This document shows positions 10,685-21,472 of a DNA stretch of 64,000 nt, piece by piece. Under the pieces are notes generated by a model. The model was not told where the DNA came from and made no database searches. It worked only from the letters and a program-made list of their open reading frames with translations. The DNA comes from an uncultured Gemmatimonadales bacterium. GTDB taxonomy: Bacteria > Gemmatimonadota > Gemmatimonadetes > Gemmatimonadales > GWC2-71-9. Position 1 is the stretch's first letter. Every line of letters begins with the position of its first letter. A program made the translations under genes and the position numbers. The stretch is taken from NCBI GenBank assembly GCA_963707875.1, contig CAVPRU010000001.1, forward strand, positions 209,591-273,590. Reading direction: 5' to 3'.

Positions 10685-11601
10685 GCGTCCTCCGATTCGG
10701 TCGGCGGAGGCTCCGCCGTCGCGATCGCATTCAACCGTTCAGTGACCAGCAACCTGAGAGAATCGGAGAGATTCGGCATTGCCAGCAGGCCTCCCCACCA
10801 CATCGCCGCACCCAGCAGATCGCCGTTCCGGCTCCGGGCGTCGCCCAGACCCAACCGGGCCTTCTGCGACACCGTACCTACGGTGTCCGCCAGCAGGGCC
10901 GTCGCAAACCAGTCCTCCGCTCTCGCGGGCTGGTCGGTGTCGAGGGCATCCCAACCCAGCTGCAGGGCGCAGGCCCCCAGTCCTGCCTGGGCCTGACCCT
11001 TCAGCCGGGAATCCGTGGCGCGGCGGATGGCCGTTCGGTAGGCCCGGGCCGCCGCCTCACAGGCGGTGGTCGACTCGAGCGCCCGCCCGTAACCGACCAG
11101 CAGGCGGTCCACGGCTTGAGCCCCGTCCGCCACAGCCAGAATGGCGGGCAGGATGCTCACCGCTTCCTGGTGCCCCAACTCGGCCACTCCGGCCCGCCGC
11201 AGGGCCGCCCGCGAGATCGGGCGGTCCGGGGCCGCCCGGCGGAGCGCGACCATGGCGCTCGCGACGATCGCCGAACCCGAGTCGGCCCGGGAGGCGGACC
11301 GGATGACCCGCTCCAGCCCCCGGGCGGCTTCCTGCTGCCGAGTGGGATCCCCGAGACCGAGTTGCAGGTACCCGTCGACCGCGGCCGGGAGATCTCCAGC
11401 CCGAAGCGCGGCACCCCCGGCCTTGGCCCACAACCCCGGGTCGGGTCGGGCGCGCACCCCGGTCTGGTACTCGGCCAGGGCCTTGAGGAACTCCCCTTGG
11501 GCGTAGAAGTCATCGCCCAGCAGTTCATGGTCCGCCGTGGCACCCCGACAGGCCACCACGGAAAGCACCAGCACCAGCCACGCGACCGGTCGGCCGATCA
11601 C
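10681..11601 (-). CDS. TPR-repeat lipoprotein, function unknown
   Basis: The track ORF extends to 11667 and overlaps the upstream gene by 70 nt. An in-frame GTG at 11601..11599 forms a GTGA overlap with the upstream stop and gives (M)IGRPVAWLVLVLSVVAC, a signal peptide plus lipobox. The body is Ala/Leu-rich TPR-like repeats. Confidence 0.6.
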   Translation of the reverse strand: MIGRPVAWLVLVLSVVACRGATADHELLGDDFYAQGEFLKALAEYQTGVRARPDPGLWAKAGGAALRAGDLPAAVDGYLQLGLGDPTRQQEAARGLERVIRSASRADSGSAIVASAMVALRRAAPDRPISRAALRRAGVAELGHQEAVSILPAILAVADGAQAVDRLLVGYGRALESTTACEAAARAYRTAIRRATDSRLKGQAQAGLGACALQLGWDALDTDQPARAEDWFATALLADTVGTVSQKARLGLGDARSRNGDLLGAAMWWGGLLAMPNLSDSLRLLVTERLNAIATAEPPPTESEDA

Positions 11602-12302
11602 AGATTGGTACCCAGAATCGACAAATAGGCCGTCACCCGGGCGTGGCCCGGGCGGCGCGCCAGGCATTCATGCCACAGGGACCGGGCGGCCTGGGGATCG
11701 CCGGCCAGATAATGCGCCAACCCCAACGCGGCCCGGGCATCGATGAAGTCGGGATTGGCGGCCAGGATCTGTTCCAGGTGCTCCCGCGCCTCGAGGGCAC
11801 TCCCCTGTTCCAGCAGCAGCCGGGAAAGCCGGTACCGAAGGTCGTGAAAGGTGGGTCCCAATTCCACCGCCCGCCGAAACTGAGCGACCGCCTCGGTGAG
11901 GTCGCCTGCCTCGGCGTACGCATCGCCCAGTTCGGCGTGATGATTCGCCAGCCGCGCCGCCACCAGACGAGGATAGCCCGCCACCCGGCCCTGCCCGTGC
12001 GTGGCCGCCTGCCGGAACGCCGCCTCGGCCTCCTCGGTCCGGCCCAGTTCGGAGAGGATGATGCCGCGGTGGATCTGGGCTTCCAGGTACCGCTCATTGA
12101 GCACCAGCGCCCGGTCAAACTCGCGCAGGGCTTCGGTGTGCTGACCGAGGAAGGACCGGCACAGGCCCAGCAGATGATGCACGTCGGCAAAGGCGTGGCC
12201 CGCCGCAACCAGGTCCTCCAGGACGTGGGCGGCTCCATAGTAGTCCTGCAGCGCAAATCGATCGCGCGCCTGGGTCAGCAGATGTTCAACACTTACGTCC
12301 AT
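11598..12302 (-). CDS. TPR-repeat protein
   Basis: 234 aa of repeated 34-residue TPR-like units (e.g. YYGAAHVLEDLV, HHLLGLCRSFLGQHTEALREFDRAL, AHYLAGDPQAARSLW). Confidence 0.7.
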   Translation of the reverse strand: MDVSVEHLLTQARDRFALQDYYGAAHVLEDLVAAGHAFADVHHLLGLCRSFLGQHTEALREFDRALVLNERYLEAQIHRGIILSELGRTEEAEAAFRQAATHGQGRVAGYPRLVAARLANHHAELGDAYAEAGDLTEAVAQFRRAVELGPTFHDLRYRLSRLLLEQGSALEAREHLEQILAANPDFIDARAALGLAHYLAGDPQAARSLWHECLARRPGHARVTAYLSILGTNL

Positions 12303-12312
12303 TGATATCGTC

Positions 12313-13179
12313 CTAGTCCACCAGTCGAAAATGCTTCCTGGACAGCTCCAGACCGAATGTCCGTTCCATCCACATCATCATCCGGTGCCTTCGTTCCCGG
12401 CCGCTGAGCAGGTACCCGGGATCCGGCTGCCATTCCCGCTCTGCCTCCGAGGCCAGCCACTCCCGGACTACGGCCGGGTGAGACCCGGTGAAGGGTCGGA
12501 TGACCTGCGGGTCGATCCGGCCGTACCCGCCAAAGCTCCCGGGCTCCCCACCCCAGTACTGCCCGGTCCCGCTCACCTTCCGCGCCATGCTCGCCGCCGA
12601 TCGAACATGGCCGTAATGATAGATCGGGACCCGCACGGTTGCCGCCCTGGGGTACCGACCGCGCAGGTTCGACTCCAGCACCGCGAAGAACAACCCGTCG
12701 GGCGAATAGACCCGCAACCCATTCCGGACGATCCGTACGGCCTTGCGGTACCACGCCGGACTGTCCGCCACCTGGGACGGGGTTCCGTAGAAGTGAAGGT
12801 AGTCGAAGGCCAGCGCCTCGACTGCGGGACGGTTCAGATGCCGTTCCATCCCCTTCACGACGGCCGGGAGGTCCTGCTCGTGCACCACCTCATCCGCCTC
12901 GAGGTAGAACGCCCAGTCCCCAGTGCAGTTGAAGTGGGCGATCATCTTCTGCTGAGCGTAGACGAATCCCCGATCCCGCATCCCCTCGTTCCAGACGGAA
13001 TCCACCACCCGGACCCGGGGGTCCCCTATCGCCGTCACCCGGTCGCGGGTGGCGTCCTCCCCGGCCCCGACGCAGACGACGAACTCGTCGACGATCGGGA
13101 GGATTGAACGGATCGAGGCCTCGAACGGGTACCCGAGCCCGATCCCGTTTCGGACAAAGGTGAACCCGCTGACCTTCAC
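12313..13179 (-). CDS. glycosyltransferase (GT-A / family 2-like)
   Basis: 288 aa. The N-terminus FTFVRNG...YPF..SI.SILPIVDEFVV.VG.GEDATRD resembles GT2-type enzymes, and an acidic EADE motif is present. The assignment is family-level only. Confidence 0.55.
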   Translation of the reverse strand: MKVSGFTFVRNGIGLGYPFEASIRSILPIVDEFVVCVGAGEDATRDRVTAIGDPRVRVVDSVWNEGMRDRGFVYAQQKMIAHFNCTGDWAFYLEADEVVHEQDLPAVVKGMERHLNRPAVEALAFDYLHFYGTPSQVADSPAWYRKAVRIVRNGLRVYSPDGLFFAVLESNLRGRYPRAATVRVPIYHYGHVRSAASMARKVSGTGQYWGGEPGSFGGYGRIDPQVIRPFTGSHPAVVREWLASEAEREWQPDPGYLLSGRERRHRMMMWMERTFGLELSRKHFRLVD

Positions 13180-13186
13180 CGCGGCC

Positions 13187-14476
13187 TCACGCCCGGGTCC
13201 GGGCCAGCACGTTCCTGGTGTCCACCACCGCCTGGGCGTGGGCCCGGATCAGGTCATAGTCCAGGGCGGTGTGGTCGGTCACCACCATCACACAATCCGC
13301 CGCCTGGACTTCCCCGGCCGTCAACGGGACCGAACTCATCTCATGGCCATCCTCGACGAACCGGGGAACGAACGGATCGTGATACCGCACCGTAGCCCCC
13401 TGGGTCTCCAGCAGCCGGATGATGTCCAGGGCCGGACTCTCCCGGATGTCGTCGATGTCGCGCTTGTAGGCCACCCCGATGACCAGCACCGTGGAACCAC
13501 GGACCGCCTTCCCCGCATCGTTCAGCCCCTCCGCCACCTTGCGGACCCAGAACAGGGGCATCTCGGTGTTGAGTTCTCCGGCCAGATCGATGAACCGGGT
13601 CTTGTAGTTGAGGCCCCGCATCTTCCACGCGAGATAGTGCGGATCGATCGGGATGCAGTGGCCCCCGAGCCCCGGTCCGGGAAGGAACTTCATGAACCCA
13701 AACGGCTTCGTGGCGGCCGCCTCGATGACTTCCCAGACGTTGACTCCGAGTTTGTCGCACACGATCGCCATCTCGTTCACCAGCCCGATGTTCACGCTCC
13801 GGAAGGTGTTTTCCAGCAACTTCACCAGCTCGGCCGTCTCGGTGTCCGGTACCGCCACGACCGTCTCGATGGCCGGCTGGTAGAGGGCCGCCACGACCCG
13901 GGTGCAGTCGGCGGTGATCCCGCCCACCACCTTCGGGGTGTTCCGCGTGGTCCACACGAGGTTGCCCGGATCCACCCGTTCGGGGCTGAAGGCCAGAAAG
14001 AAGTCCACACCCACCCTGAGTCCGGTGGACTCCAGGGCCGGGAGCATGATTTCCCGGGTGGTGCCGGGATACGTGGTGCTCTCCAGGATGATGGCCTGTC
14101 CCGGCCGCAGCGACTGCTTGACCGCCTCGGTGGCCGCCACGATGTAGCTGACGTCGGGGTCCTTGAATTTCGAGAGCGGGGTCGGGACACAGATCGAGAT
14201 CGCATCGGCCTCGCGGAGGAGGGCCGCCTCGGTCGTGACGGTGAACCGCCCGGCCGCCAGAATCTCCTGCAGATCGCTGTCGGGGACGTCCTTGATGTGG
14301 GACTGTCCGGCCGCCAGCCCGGTCACCACCTTCGCAGAAATGTCGTAGCCCAGCACTCGGAAGCCGGCCTTGCCGAGCTCGACCGCCAAGGGCAGGCCGA
14401 CGTACCCCAACCCCACGATGCCAAACAGGACGTCGCGGTGCTCGGCCTTCTGGATCAGAACCTCAGCGTGCGACAC
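13187..14476 (-). CDS. nucleotide-sugar 6-dehydrogenase (UDP-GlcNAc/UDP-ManNAc dehydrogenase, WbpA/WecC family)
   Basis: 429 aa with Rossmann motif GIVGLGYVGLPLAV, catalytic-Cys context PGPGLGGHCIPIDP and a C-terminal UDP-binding domain. Confidence 0.85.
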   Translation of the reverse strand: MSHAEVLIQKAEHRDVLFGIVGLGYVGLPLAVELGKAGFRVLGYDISAKVVTGLAAGQSHIKDVPDSDLQEILAAGRFTVTTEAALLREADAISICVPTPLSKFKDPDVSYIVAATEAVKQSLRPGQAIILESTTYPGTTREIMLPALESTGLRVGVDFFLAFSPERVDPGNLVWTTRNTPKVVGGITADCTRVVAALYQPAIETVVAVPDTETAELVKLLENTFRSVNIGLVNEMAIVCDKLGVNVWEVIEAAATKPFGFMKFLPGPGLGGHCIPIDPHYLAWKMRGLNYKTRFIDLAGELNTEMPLFWVRKVAEGLNDAGKAVRGSTVLVIGVAYKRDIDDIRESPALDIIRLLETQGATVRYHDPFVPRFVEDGHEMSSVPLTAGEVQAADCVMVVTDHTALDYDLIRAHAQAVVDTRNVLARTRA

Positions 14477-14498
14477 TTGGTCTCCTCAGGAAGCACAG

Positions 14499-15674
14499 TC
14501 AGCGGCCGGCATAGAAGGCCCGGATCGAATCGATCACCCAATCCTGCTGATCGTCCGTCAGCTCCGGGTACACCGGGAGGGACAGGACCTGGTCCATCGC
14601 GCGCTCGGACTCCGGCAATCGACCCCGGGCGTACCCGAGATGCGCGAAGCACGGCTGGAGGTGGAGCGGGACCGGGTAATAGACCGCCGACCCGATCCCC
14701 CGCTCGCGGAGATGCGCCTGGAGCGCATCGCGTCGCTCCGCCCGAACCGTGTACTGATGGAAGATGTGCTCGTTCGCCGGATCGGTCCCCGGAATCCGGA
14801 TCCCCGCCAGGTCCGCCAGCCCGATGGCGTAGCGGGCCGCTCGGCCCCGCCGGGCCGCGCTCCATCCAGCCAGGTAGGGGAGCTTGGCGAGGAGCACGGC
14901 CGCCTGGAGCGAATCCAGCCTGCTGTTAGTCCCGATCTCATCGTGGTGGTATTGCTTGGCGCCCCCATGGAGCCGAAGTCGGGCCAGCCGCCCCGCAGTC
15001 GGAGGGTCTGAGGTCACGATCATTCCCCCGTCCCCATACCCGCCGAGGTTCTTGGTGGGAAAGAACGAGAAGGTACCGACCCAGCCCAGCTCGCCCGCCA
15101 TCCGCCATTGGTCGCCGACCCGCCGTCGGGCTCCGATGGCCTGGGCGGCGTCCTCGATGACCGGGATACCATGGCGTTCCGCCAGCGCCAGGATCGCCTC
15201 GATCGGGGCCATCTGACCGAACAGATGGACCACCACGATCGCTCTGGTCCGCGGGCTGATCACCGCCTCGACCGCCGCGGGCACGAGATTGAAGGTCACC
15301 GGGTCGATGTCGACAAAGACCGGGGTGCCCCCGGCGTTGGCGACAGCGCCGGCGCTGGCGAAAAAGGTGAAGGCCGGGACGATGACCTCGTCCCCCGGCT
15401 GCAACCCCAGGGCCTTGAGCGGCAGCAACAGTGCGTCGGTCCCAGAGGCACAGGTGATTCCGTGGCTGGTCCGGCACAACTCCGCCACCGCGGCCTCCAG
15501 GACGGCGATTTCAGGTCCCATGATGAACTGCTGCCGGTCGATGACCGAGGTCACGGCCGCCATCACCTCATCACGAATCGCCCGGTGCTGCGGGATCAGG
15601 TCCAGCAGGGGGACGTGCAAGTGCGCTCCAGTCGAAGAACCAACAACTCCACAACGGCGCTCGCCCGGGCGCAT
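14499..15674 (-). CDS. DegT/DnrJ/EryC1/StrS-family PLP aminotransferase (WbpE-like)
   Basis: The core runs from VPLLDLIPQH onward, with PLP-lysine context FSFFPTKNLGGYGDGG. The true start may be TTG 15620 rather than 15674, because the first ~18 codons look non-coding. Confidence 0.85.
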   Translation of the reverse strand: MRPGERRCGVVGSSTGAHLHVPLLDLIPQHRAIRDEVMAAVTSVIDRQQFIMGPEIAVLEAAVAELCRTSHGITCASGTDALLLPLKALGLQPGDEVIVPAFTFFASAGAVANAGGTPVFVDIDPVTFNLVPAAVEAVISPRTRAIVVVHLFGQMAPIEAILALAERHGIPVIEDAAQAIGARRRVGDQWRMAGELGWVGTFSFFPTKNLGGYGDGGMIVTSDPPTAGRLARLRLHGGAKQYHHDEIGTNSRLDSLQAAVLLAKLPYLAGWSAARRGRAARYAIGLADLAGIRIPGTDPANEHIFHQYTVRAERRDALQAHLRERGIGSAVYYPVPLHLQPCFAHLGYARGRLPESERAMDQVLSLPVYPELTDDQQDWVIDSIRAFYAGR

Positions 15675-15715
15675 CCCGGAGTCGGTCGGGCGCCGCGGGC
15701 GAGAAACCGCAAGCC

Positions 15716-15744
15716 ATTAGAACAGAAAAAGTTACCTATTCGAA
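15716..15744 (-). promoter_or_regulatory. candidate promoter in the only AT-rich patch of this gene array
   Basis: On the minus strand the sequence reads TTCGAA(15744-15739)-17 nt-TCTAAT(15721-15716). It lies between the acetyltransferase stop and the aminotransferase start. Confidence 0.3.
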
Positions 15745-15753
15745 CCGAGGGAA

Positions 15754-16323
15754 TCAACGGGGCCGGAGCCCGGCCGTATCCTCCTGGTAGCCGGCTCCGC
15801 AAGCCCCGCAGGTCACCACCCCACCGACCTCCGCCAGCCGGACCCCGCAGGCACAGATCCAGCCGGCCCGTCGGGCCGGTACCCCCAGCATCAGGCCATA
15901 GGCGGGGACGTCCCTGGTGACGACCGCCCCGGCTCCGATGAAGCTGTAAGCCCCTAGAGTGACCCCGCAGACGATGGTGGCGTTGGCGCCGATGGTGGCC
16001 CCCCGCCGGACCAGGGTGCGTTGGTATTCGTCCTTCCGGGAGACCTGGCTTCTGGGGTTGATCACATTGGTGAAGACGCAACTGGGGCCACAGAAGACGT
16101 CGTCCTCCAGTTCCACCCCCTGATAGATCGAGACGTTGTTCTGGATCTTCACGTTGCGGCCGATCCGGGTGCCCGGCATGACCACCACATTCTGGCCCAG
16201 ACTGCAGCCCTCGCCAATGACCGCCCCAGGCATCACGTGGCAGAAATGCCAGATCCGGGTCCCGGCGCCCACCACCGCGCCTTCGTCGACATAGGCAGAC
16301 TCATGCACCAGGCCGTTATCCAT
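15754..16323 (-). CDS. hexapeptide-repeat (left-handed beta-helix) N-acetyltransferase, WbpD/WlbB-like
   Basis: Start at ATG 16323 ([30 protein letters not shown]). It has serial hexapeptide repeats and a C-terminal Cys-rich tail, WICACG...CGACG. Confidence 0.8.
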   Translation of the reverse strand: MDNGLVHESAYVDEGAVVGAGTRIWHFCHVMPGAVIGEGCSLGQNVVVMPGTRIGRNVKIQNNVSIYQGVELEDDVFCGPSCVFTNVINPRSQVSRKDEYQRTLVRRGATIGANATIVCGVTLGAYSFIGAGAVVTRDVPAYGLMLGVPARRAGWICACGVRLAEVGGVVTCGACGAGYQEDTAGLRPR

Positions 16324-17287
16324 CGGTCGCTCCCTCCTTGAGCCAGTCACCCGCGGGACCGATCACCTTGACCTCCGGATCGAGCCCGACCCCGAAACGC
16401 TGCCGCACCGCGTCCTGCACCTCGGCCATCAACCGGCGCACATCCCCCGCGCTCCCCGACCCGGTATTGACGAAGTAGTTGGCGTGCATCGGTGAAACCT
16501 CCACCCCACCCACCCGGCGCCCCTTGAGACCGGTGGCCTCGATCAGCTGTCCGGCGGTCCGCAGGTCCGGCCCGGGTGGATCCCCGACCCACTCGGGGTT
16601 CTTGAAGACGCTCCCACAGCACGGCTGGTTGAAGGGGGTCTGCTCCTGCCGCCAGGTGAGCAGTCGCCGCAGCTCCACCGCCAATTCGGCCGGGTCCCCC
16701 GGGGTGAGGGCAACCTCCACTTCGGTCACCATCCGGTCGCCGAGCCCACTCCGGCGATACCGGAAGGGAATCGCCTCGGACGACAGCTCCTCCACCGTCC
16801 CGGTCCGATCTACCACCCAGACCCGCCGCACTACATCGGCCCACTGCCCTCCATGGCAACCGGCGTTCATGTAGACACCGCCCCCCACCGTTCCCGGCAC
16901 CCCGACCATCATCTGGAGCCCGCTCCAACCCGCCTCGGCGGTCCGTCGAGCGACCATCGGGGCCGGCATTCCCGCTCCCAGCCGCCAGACCTCCTGGTCG
17001 GCCCGCCACCGGTCGAGCCCCTTGCCAAGCCGGACCACCAGGGCCGCCATCCCCGCGTCGGGCAGCAGCACGTTGGACCCCAACCCGAGGGCGAACACCG
17101 GGAGCCCGAGCTGGGCCGCTTCCCCGAGTCCGACCGACAGGTCCTCCGGATCGGCCGGGTGGAAGACGGTGGCGGGCCCCCCGATCCGATAGCTGCAGAG
17201 CCGGGCCAGCGGCTCCGTTTCCATCACCCGCCCGCGCACTCGCTCCCGCAGCGCGGCGGCGAGTCGAGGGTCCCGGGCGTCGGTCAC
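16316..17287 (-). CDS. murB: UDP-N-acetylenolpyruvoylglucosamine reductase
   Basis: FAD-binding PCMH domain ([10 protein letters not shown]...GLGSNVLL) and a MurB C-terminal domain. The preferred start is GTG 17287, which forms a GTGA overlap with the carB stop; the track start is 17326. Confidence 0.9.
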   Translation of the reverse strand: MTDARDPRLAAALRERVRGRVMETEPLARLCSYRIGGPATVFHPADPEDLSVGLGEAAQLGLPVFALGLGSNVLLPDAGMAALVVRLGKGLDRWRADQEVWRLGAGMPAPMVARRTAEAGWSGLQMMVGVPGTVGGGVYMNAGCHGGQWADVVRRVWVVDRTGTVEELSSEAIPFRYRRSGLGDRMVTEVEVALTPGDPAELAVELRRLLTWRQEQTPFNQPCCGSVFKNPEWVGDPPGPDLRTAGQLIEATGLKGRRVGGVEVSPMHANYFVNTGSGSAGDVRRLMAEVQDAVRQRFGVGLDPEVKVIGPAGDWLKEGATDG

Positions 17288-20200
17288 GCCAGTTCCGCCT
17301 GGAGAGCCCGGGCCAGTTCGTGCCACTCCTGCAGCGAGCGCACCTCGCCGGCTCGGCTCCGCAGCGCGATGATGGCGTCACACGCGGCAGAGGCCGCCGA
17401 CATGGTGGTGGTGTACGGCACCCCGCGTTGCAGCGCCGCGCGCCGCAGGGTGTAGTCATCCCGCTGGGTGAGCTTGCCGAGCGGGGTGTTGATGAGCAGC
17501 TGGACCTGGTTCGACAGCACCAGGTCCACCGTGTTGGGTCGCCCCTCGTACACCTTGAGCACCGTCTCGGTGGGAATCCCGCGGGCCTTCAGGTACCGCG
17601 CCGTGCCGCCGGTGGCCAGGATGCGAAAGCCCATCTCGTGGAACCGTCGGATGATGGGGAGCACGGTCGGTTTGTCATTGTCGTTGACGGTGACGCAGAT
17701 CGCCCCCGCCAGGGGAAGCGCGCCGTCGGCACTCGCCTGGGCCTTGGCGAAGGCCATTCCGAAGGAGTCGGCGATTCCCATCACCTCGCCGGTCGACCGC
17801 ATTTCTGGTCCCAGAATCAGGTCCACGCCGGGCAGTTTGCTGAAGGGGAAGACCGCCTCCTTCACCGCCACGTAGGGATGCAGGATGTCGTCCGACACCC
17901 CGAGTTCGTCGAGCGTCTTCCCCACCATCACCGCGGCGGCGAGTTTGGCCAGCGGCACCCCGGTCGTCTTGGAGACGAACGGCACGGTCCGGGACGCCCG
18001 GGGATTGACCTCGAGCACGTAGACCACCCCGTGCTTGATGGCGAACTGGACATTGAGCAGGCCGACCACCCCGAGCCGCAGCGCAAACGCCTTGGTGTGG
18101 CGCTTCATCACCTCGACCTGTTCTTCGGTGATCAGGTAGGGTGGCATCACACAGGCCGAGTCCCCGGAGTGGATGCCGGCGTCCTCGATGTGCTGCATGA
18201 CGCCGCCGACCACCGCCCGGGTGCCGTCACAGATCGCGTCGACGTCGGCCTCGAAGGCATCCTCCAGAAAGTGATCGATCAGGACCGGATGACCGGGAGC
18301 CGCCCGGGTCGCCTCCCCGAAGAACTGGATCAGCGACTCCTGGTCATAGACGATCTGCATCGCCCGGCCTCCCAGGACGTAGCTCGGCCGGATCAGCGCG
18401 GGGTAGCCGATGGTCTGGGCCACGGCGATGGCCTCCTCCAGGGTCCGCGCGGTCCCCGCCGGTGGCTGCCGCACTCCCAGCTCCCGGGTGATCAGGTCGA
18501 ACCGGCCGCGGTCCTCCGCCAGGTCGATCGCTTCCGGTGAAGTGCCCAGAATCGGTACCCCGGCGGCTTCCAGCCCCTTGGCCAGCCGGAGCGGGGTCTG
18601 GCCGCCCAGTTGGACCACCACCCCCATCGGGCGCTCGACATGGACAATCTCGAGGACATCCTCCAAGGTGAGCGGCTCGAAGTACAGGGTGTCGGAAATG
18701 TCGTAGTCGGTAGAGACGGTCTCCGGGTTGGAGTTGACCATCACCGCCCGGTACCCCATCTCCCGAAAGGCCAGCACGGCGCGCACACAGCAGTAGTCGA
18801 ATTCGACGCCCTGCCCGATCCGGTTGGGCCCACTGCCCAGAATGATGACCGTCGGCCGGTCGCTCCGAGGACTCTCATCCTCCTCGTCATAGCTGCTGTA
18901 GTAGTACGGCGTGGCGGATGGAAACTCGCCGGCGCAGGTATCGACCACCTTGAAACCCGGTCGAATGCCGAGCGCCCAGCGCCGTTCCCGGACACCCGTT
19001 TCCGAGACCCCGCGCAGGTCAGCCAGCTGCTGGTCGGAGAACCCCATCCGCTTCATCCCTCGGAGCTGGGCGTGCTCGGCGGCCTCGTCGGGAGGCTTCG
19101 TCGCCGCAAATTCGGCCTCGGCCAGGCACAGCTCGGCCAGCTGTTCCAGGAACCAGGGATCGATCCCGGTGCGCTCGTGGATCTCCAGCACCGTCATCCC
19201 GCCCAGCAGCGCCCGCTTGACCTGGAACGGCCGCTCGGGGGTGGGTGTCCCCAGCGCACCCCGGATCGCCTCGAGACTCGGGTCCAGCAGTCGGTCGTCG
19301 GCCGGGGTCTCCCCGATGGTCCACCCGGGGCGGCCGATCTCCAGCCCCCGGAACCCCTTCTGGAAGGCCTCCTTGAAGGTCCGCCCGATCGCCATCACTT
19401 CTCCCACCGATTTCATCTGGGTGGTGAGTCGGTGATCGGCGGTCGGGAACTTCTCGAAGGCAAACCGGGGGATCTTCACGACCACATAGTCCAGGACCGG
19501 CTCGAATGACGCCGGGGTGGTCTTGGTGATGTCGTTGGGCAACTCGTCCAGGGTATAGCCTACCGCGACCAGGGCCCCGATCCGGGCGATCGGGAAGCCG
19601 GTCGCCTTGGAGGCCAGCGCCGACGAGCGGGACACCCGGGGATTCATCTCGATCACCAGCTGCTCGCCGGTCGCCGGGTCGACCGCGAACTGGATGTTGC
19701 AGCCACCGGCCGCCACCCCGACCTCCCGGATGATCTGGCAGGAAGCGTCCCGCATCGCCTGGTATTCCCGATCGGTCAGGGTCATCGCCGGCGCCACGGT
19801 CACCGAGTCGCCGGTGTGCACCCCCATCGGGTCGATGTTCTCGATGGAGCAGACGATGACCACGTTGTCAGCGCCGTCCCGCATCACTTCCAGCTCGTAT
19901 TCCTTCCAGCCGATGATGCTCCGCTCCACCAGCACCGACCCCACCGGTGAGGCCTCGAGTCCGCGCCGGAGCATCGACTCGAACTCCTCCTGGTTGTAGG
20001 CGATCCCGCCACCGGTGCCCCCCAGCGTGAAGGACGGCCGGAGGATCGACGGATACCCGGTTTCCGCCACCGCGGCGAGGCCTTCGTCGACCGAGTGCAC
20101 GGTCCGGCCCTGCGGGGTCCTGAGCCCGATCCGCGCCATCGCCTGGCCGAACTCCTCCCGGTCCTCGGCAACCCGAATGGCCCGCTCGTTGGCCCCGATC

Positions 20201-20544
20201 AACTCCACTCCGTACTTGGCCAGCACCCCGTTCCGCTCAAGCGTCATGGCCACATTGAGCGCGGTCTGTCCGCCCATCGTCGGCAGCAGGGCGTCGGGCC
20301 GCTCTCGCTCGATGATCTTCTCGACCCATTCGGCGGTTACCGGCTCGATGTAGGTCCGATCCGCCAGTTCGGGATCGGTCATGATCGTGGCGGGATTGGA
20401 GTTGACCAGGATCACCCGGTAGCCTTCCTCCCGGAGGGCCCGCACCGCCTGGGTACCCGAGTAGTCGAACTCTGCGCCCTGCCCGATGACGATCGGGCCG
20501 GACCCAATGAGCAGGATGGATTTGAGGTCAGTCCGTTTGGGCAT
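17284..20544 (-). CDS. carB: carbamoyl-phosphate synthase large subunit
   Basis: Start at ATG 20544 ([30 protein letters not shown]). It has two ATP-grasp halves, an oligomerisation domain and a C-terminal MGS-like domain, about 1086 aa in total. Confidence 0.97.
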   Translation of the reverse strand: MPKRTDLKSILLIGSGPIVIGQGAEFDYSGTQAVRALREEGYRVILVNSNPATIMTDPELADRTYIEPVTAEWVEKIIERERPDALLPTMGGQTALNVAMTLERNGVLAKYGVELIGANERAIRVAEDREEFGQAMARIGLRTPQGRTVHSVDEGLAAVAETGYPSILRPSFTLGGTGGGIAYNQEEFESMLRRGLEASPVGSVLVERSIIGWKEYELEVMRDGADNVVIVCSIENIDPMGVHTGDSVTVAPAMTLTDREYQAMRDASCQIIREVGVAAGGCNIQFAVDPATGEQLVIEMNPRVSRSSALASKATGFPIARIGALVAVGYTLDELPNDITKTTPASFEPVLDYVVVKIPRFAFEKFPTADHRLTTQMKSVGEVMAIGRTFKEAFQKGFRGLEIGRPGWTIGETPADDRLLDPSLEAIRGALGTPTPERPFQVKRALLGGMTVLEIHERTGIDPWFLEQLAELCLAEAEFAATKPPDEAAEHAQLRGMKRMGFSDQQLADLRGVSETGVRERRWALGIRPGFKVVDTCAGEFPSATPYYYSSYDEEDESPRSDRPTVIILGSGPNRIGQGVEFDYCCVRAVLAFREMGYRAVMVNSNPETVSTDYDISDTLYFEPLTLEDVLEIVHVERPMGVVVQLGGQTPLRLAKGLEAAGVPILGTSPEAIDLAEDRGRFDLITRELGVRQPPAGTARTLEEAIAVAQTIGYPALIRPSYVLGGRAMQIVYDQESLIQFFGEATRAAPGHPVLIDHFLEDAFEADVDAICDGTRAVVGGVMQHIEDAGIHSGDSACVMPPYLITEEQVEVMKRHTKAFALRLGVVGLLNVQFAIKHGVVYVLEVNPRASRTVPFVSKTTGVPLAKLAAAVMVGKTLDELGVSDDILHPYVAVKEAVFPFSKLPGVDLILGPEMRSTGEVMGIADSFGMAFAKAQASADGALPLAGAICVTVNDNDKPTVLPIIRRFHEMGFRILATGGTARYLKARGIPTETVLKVYEGRPNTVDLVLSNQVQLLINTPLGKLTQRDDYTLRRAALQRGVPYTTTMSAASAACDAIIALRSRAGEVRSLQEWHELARALQAELA

Positions 20545-21472
20545 CAAGCAACTCGCGAAGGGTCTCGTCCAGGTTTCGGGTCGGCGCCCATCCGGTCGTC
20601 GCCCGGAGCAGCGAAGCATCGCCCACCAGGTGGGGAATATCCACCGGACGGGCGAGGGCCTGATCGAATTCGGGAATCATGGAACCGCCGGCCAGGGTGG
20701 CGAGTTGTCGGAACAGCTCACCGACCGAGAGCCCTTCCCCCCGGGCCACGTTGTAGATGGTGCCGGGAACGCCATGCTCCAGCAGGGCCATGTAGGCCGC
20801 CACCACGTCCCGGACATCGAGCAGGTCGCGCACCGGCTCCAGCGACCCGGTCTTCACCACCGGCGCCCCGGTCCGACGGGCCAGGGCCAGCCGGGAGGCA
20901 AAGGCCGGGGCCACGAACCGGGGGGACTGCCCGGGACCGGTGTGGGGAAACGGGCGCGCCACCATCACCCGGAGGCCGGTCCGCCGGGCAATTTCCAGCG
21001 CCCCGACCTCAGCTGCGGCCTTGCTGGCCGCGTACGGACTGACCGGCGCGATCGGATCGGTCTCCCGGCGGGGCCGGGCCTCGCCGGGCCCATACACCTC
21101 ACCGGTGGAGATCGTCAAGACGAGGGGATCCGCCTCCCCACGCTGCCGCCGGGCCGCCAGGGCTTCAAGCAACCGGACCGTCCCGAGGGTGTTGACCTGC
21201 CAGGTCGCGACCGGGTCGGCCAGCGAGTCGCCGACTGAGGCAACCCCCGCCAGGTGGATCACCGCGTCGGCCGGGTGGGCCGCCACCATGGTCACCGAGC
21301 GGGGATCCTGCAGGTCAAGCGGGAGCCAGGCCACGCCCTGGAGTGCCGGATCGGGGTCTGGTCCCGTCCGGTCCCGCCCGAGGGCACCCACGACCTCGTG
21401 GCCGGAGCCGATCAGGCCACGGACCATCCAGGCCCCGACAAACCCGTTGGCTCCGGTCACCAGCACCTTCAT
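20528..21472 (-). CDS. NAD-dependent epimerase/dehydratase; probable GDP-4-dehydro-6-deoxy-D-mannose reductase (Rmd-like)
   Basis: Start at ATG 21472 ([15 protein letters not shown]), which forms an ATGA overlap with gmd. The SDR catalytic motif YAASK is present, 314 aa. The Rmd call is inferred from adjacency to gmd and overall pattern; GDP-fucose synthase is not formally excluded. Confidence 0.65.
   Translation of the reverse strand: MKVLVTGANGFVGAWMVRGLIGSGHEVVGALGRDRTGPDPDPALQGVAWLPLDLQDPRSVTMVAAHPADAVIHLAGVASVGDSLADPVATWQVNTLGTVRLLEALAARRQRGEADPLVLTISTGEVYGPGEARPRRETDPIAPVSPYAASKAAAEVGALEIARRTGLRVMVARPFPHTGPGQSPRFVAPAFASRLALARRTGAPVVKTGSLEPVRDLLDVRDVVAAYMALLEHGVPGTIYNVARGEGLSVGELFRQLATLAGGSMIPEFDQALARPVDIPHLVGDASLLRATTGWAPTRNLDETLRELLDAQTD

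Noticed and set aside
15754-15850. A Cys-rich C-terminal tail (WICACG...CGACG) on the hexapeptide acetyltransferase, considered as a novel zinc-ribbon fusion
   Set aside because: To my knowledge, similar short Cys- or His-containing tails are common in WlbB/WbpD-type acetyltransferases, so it is probably a family feature.
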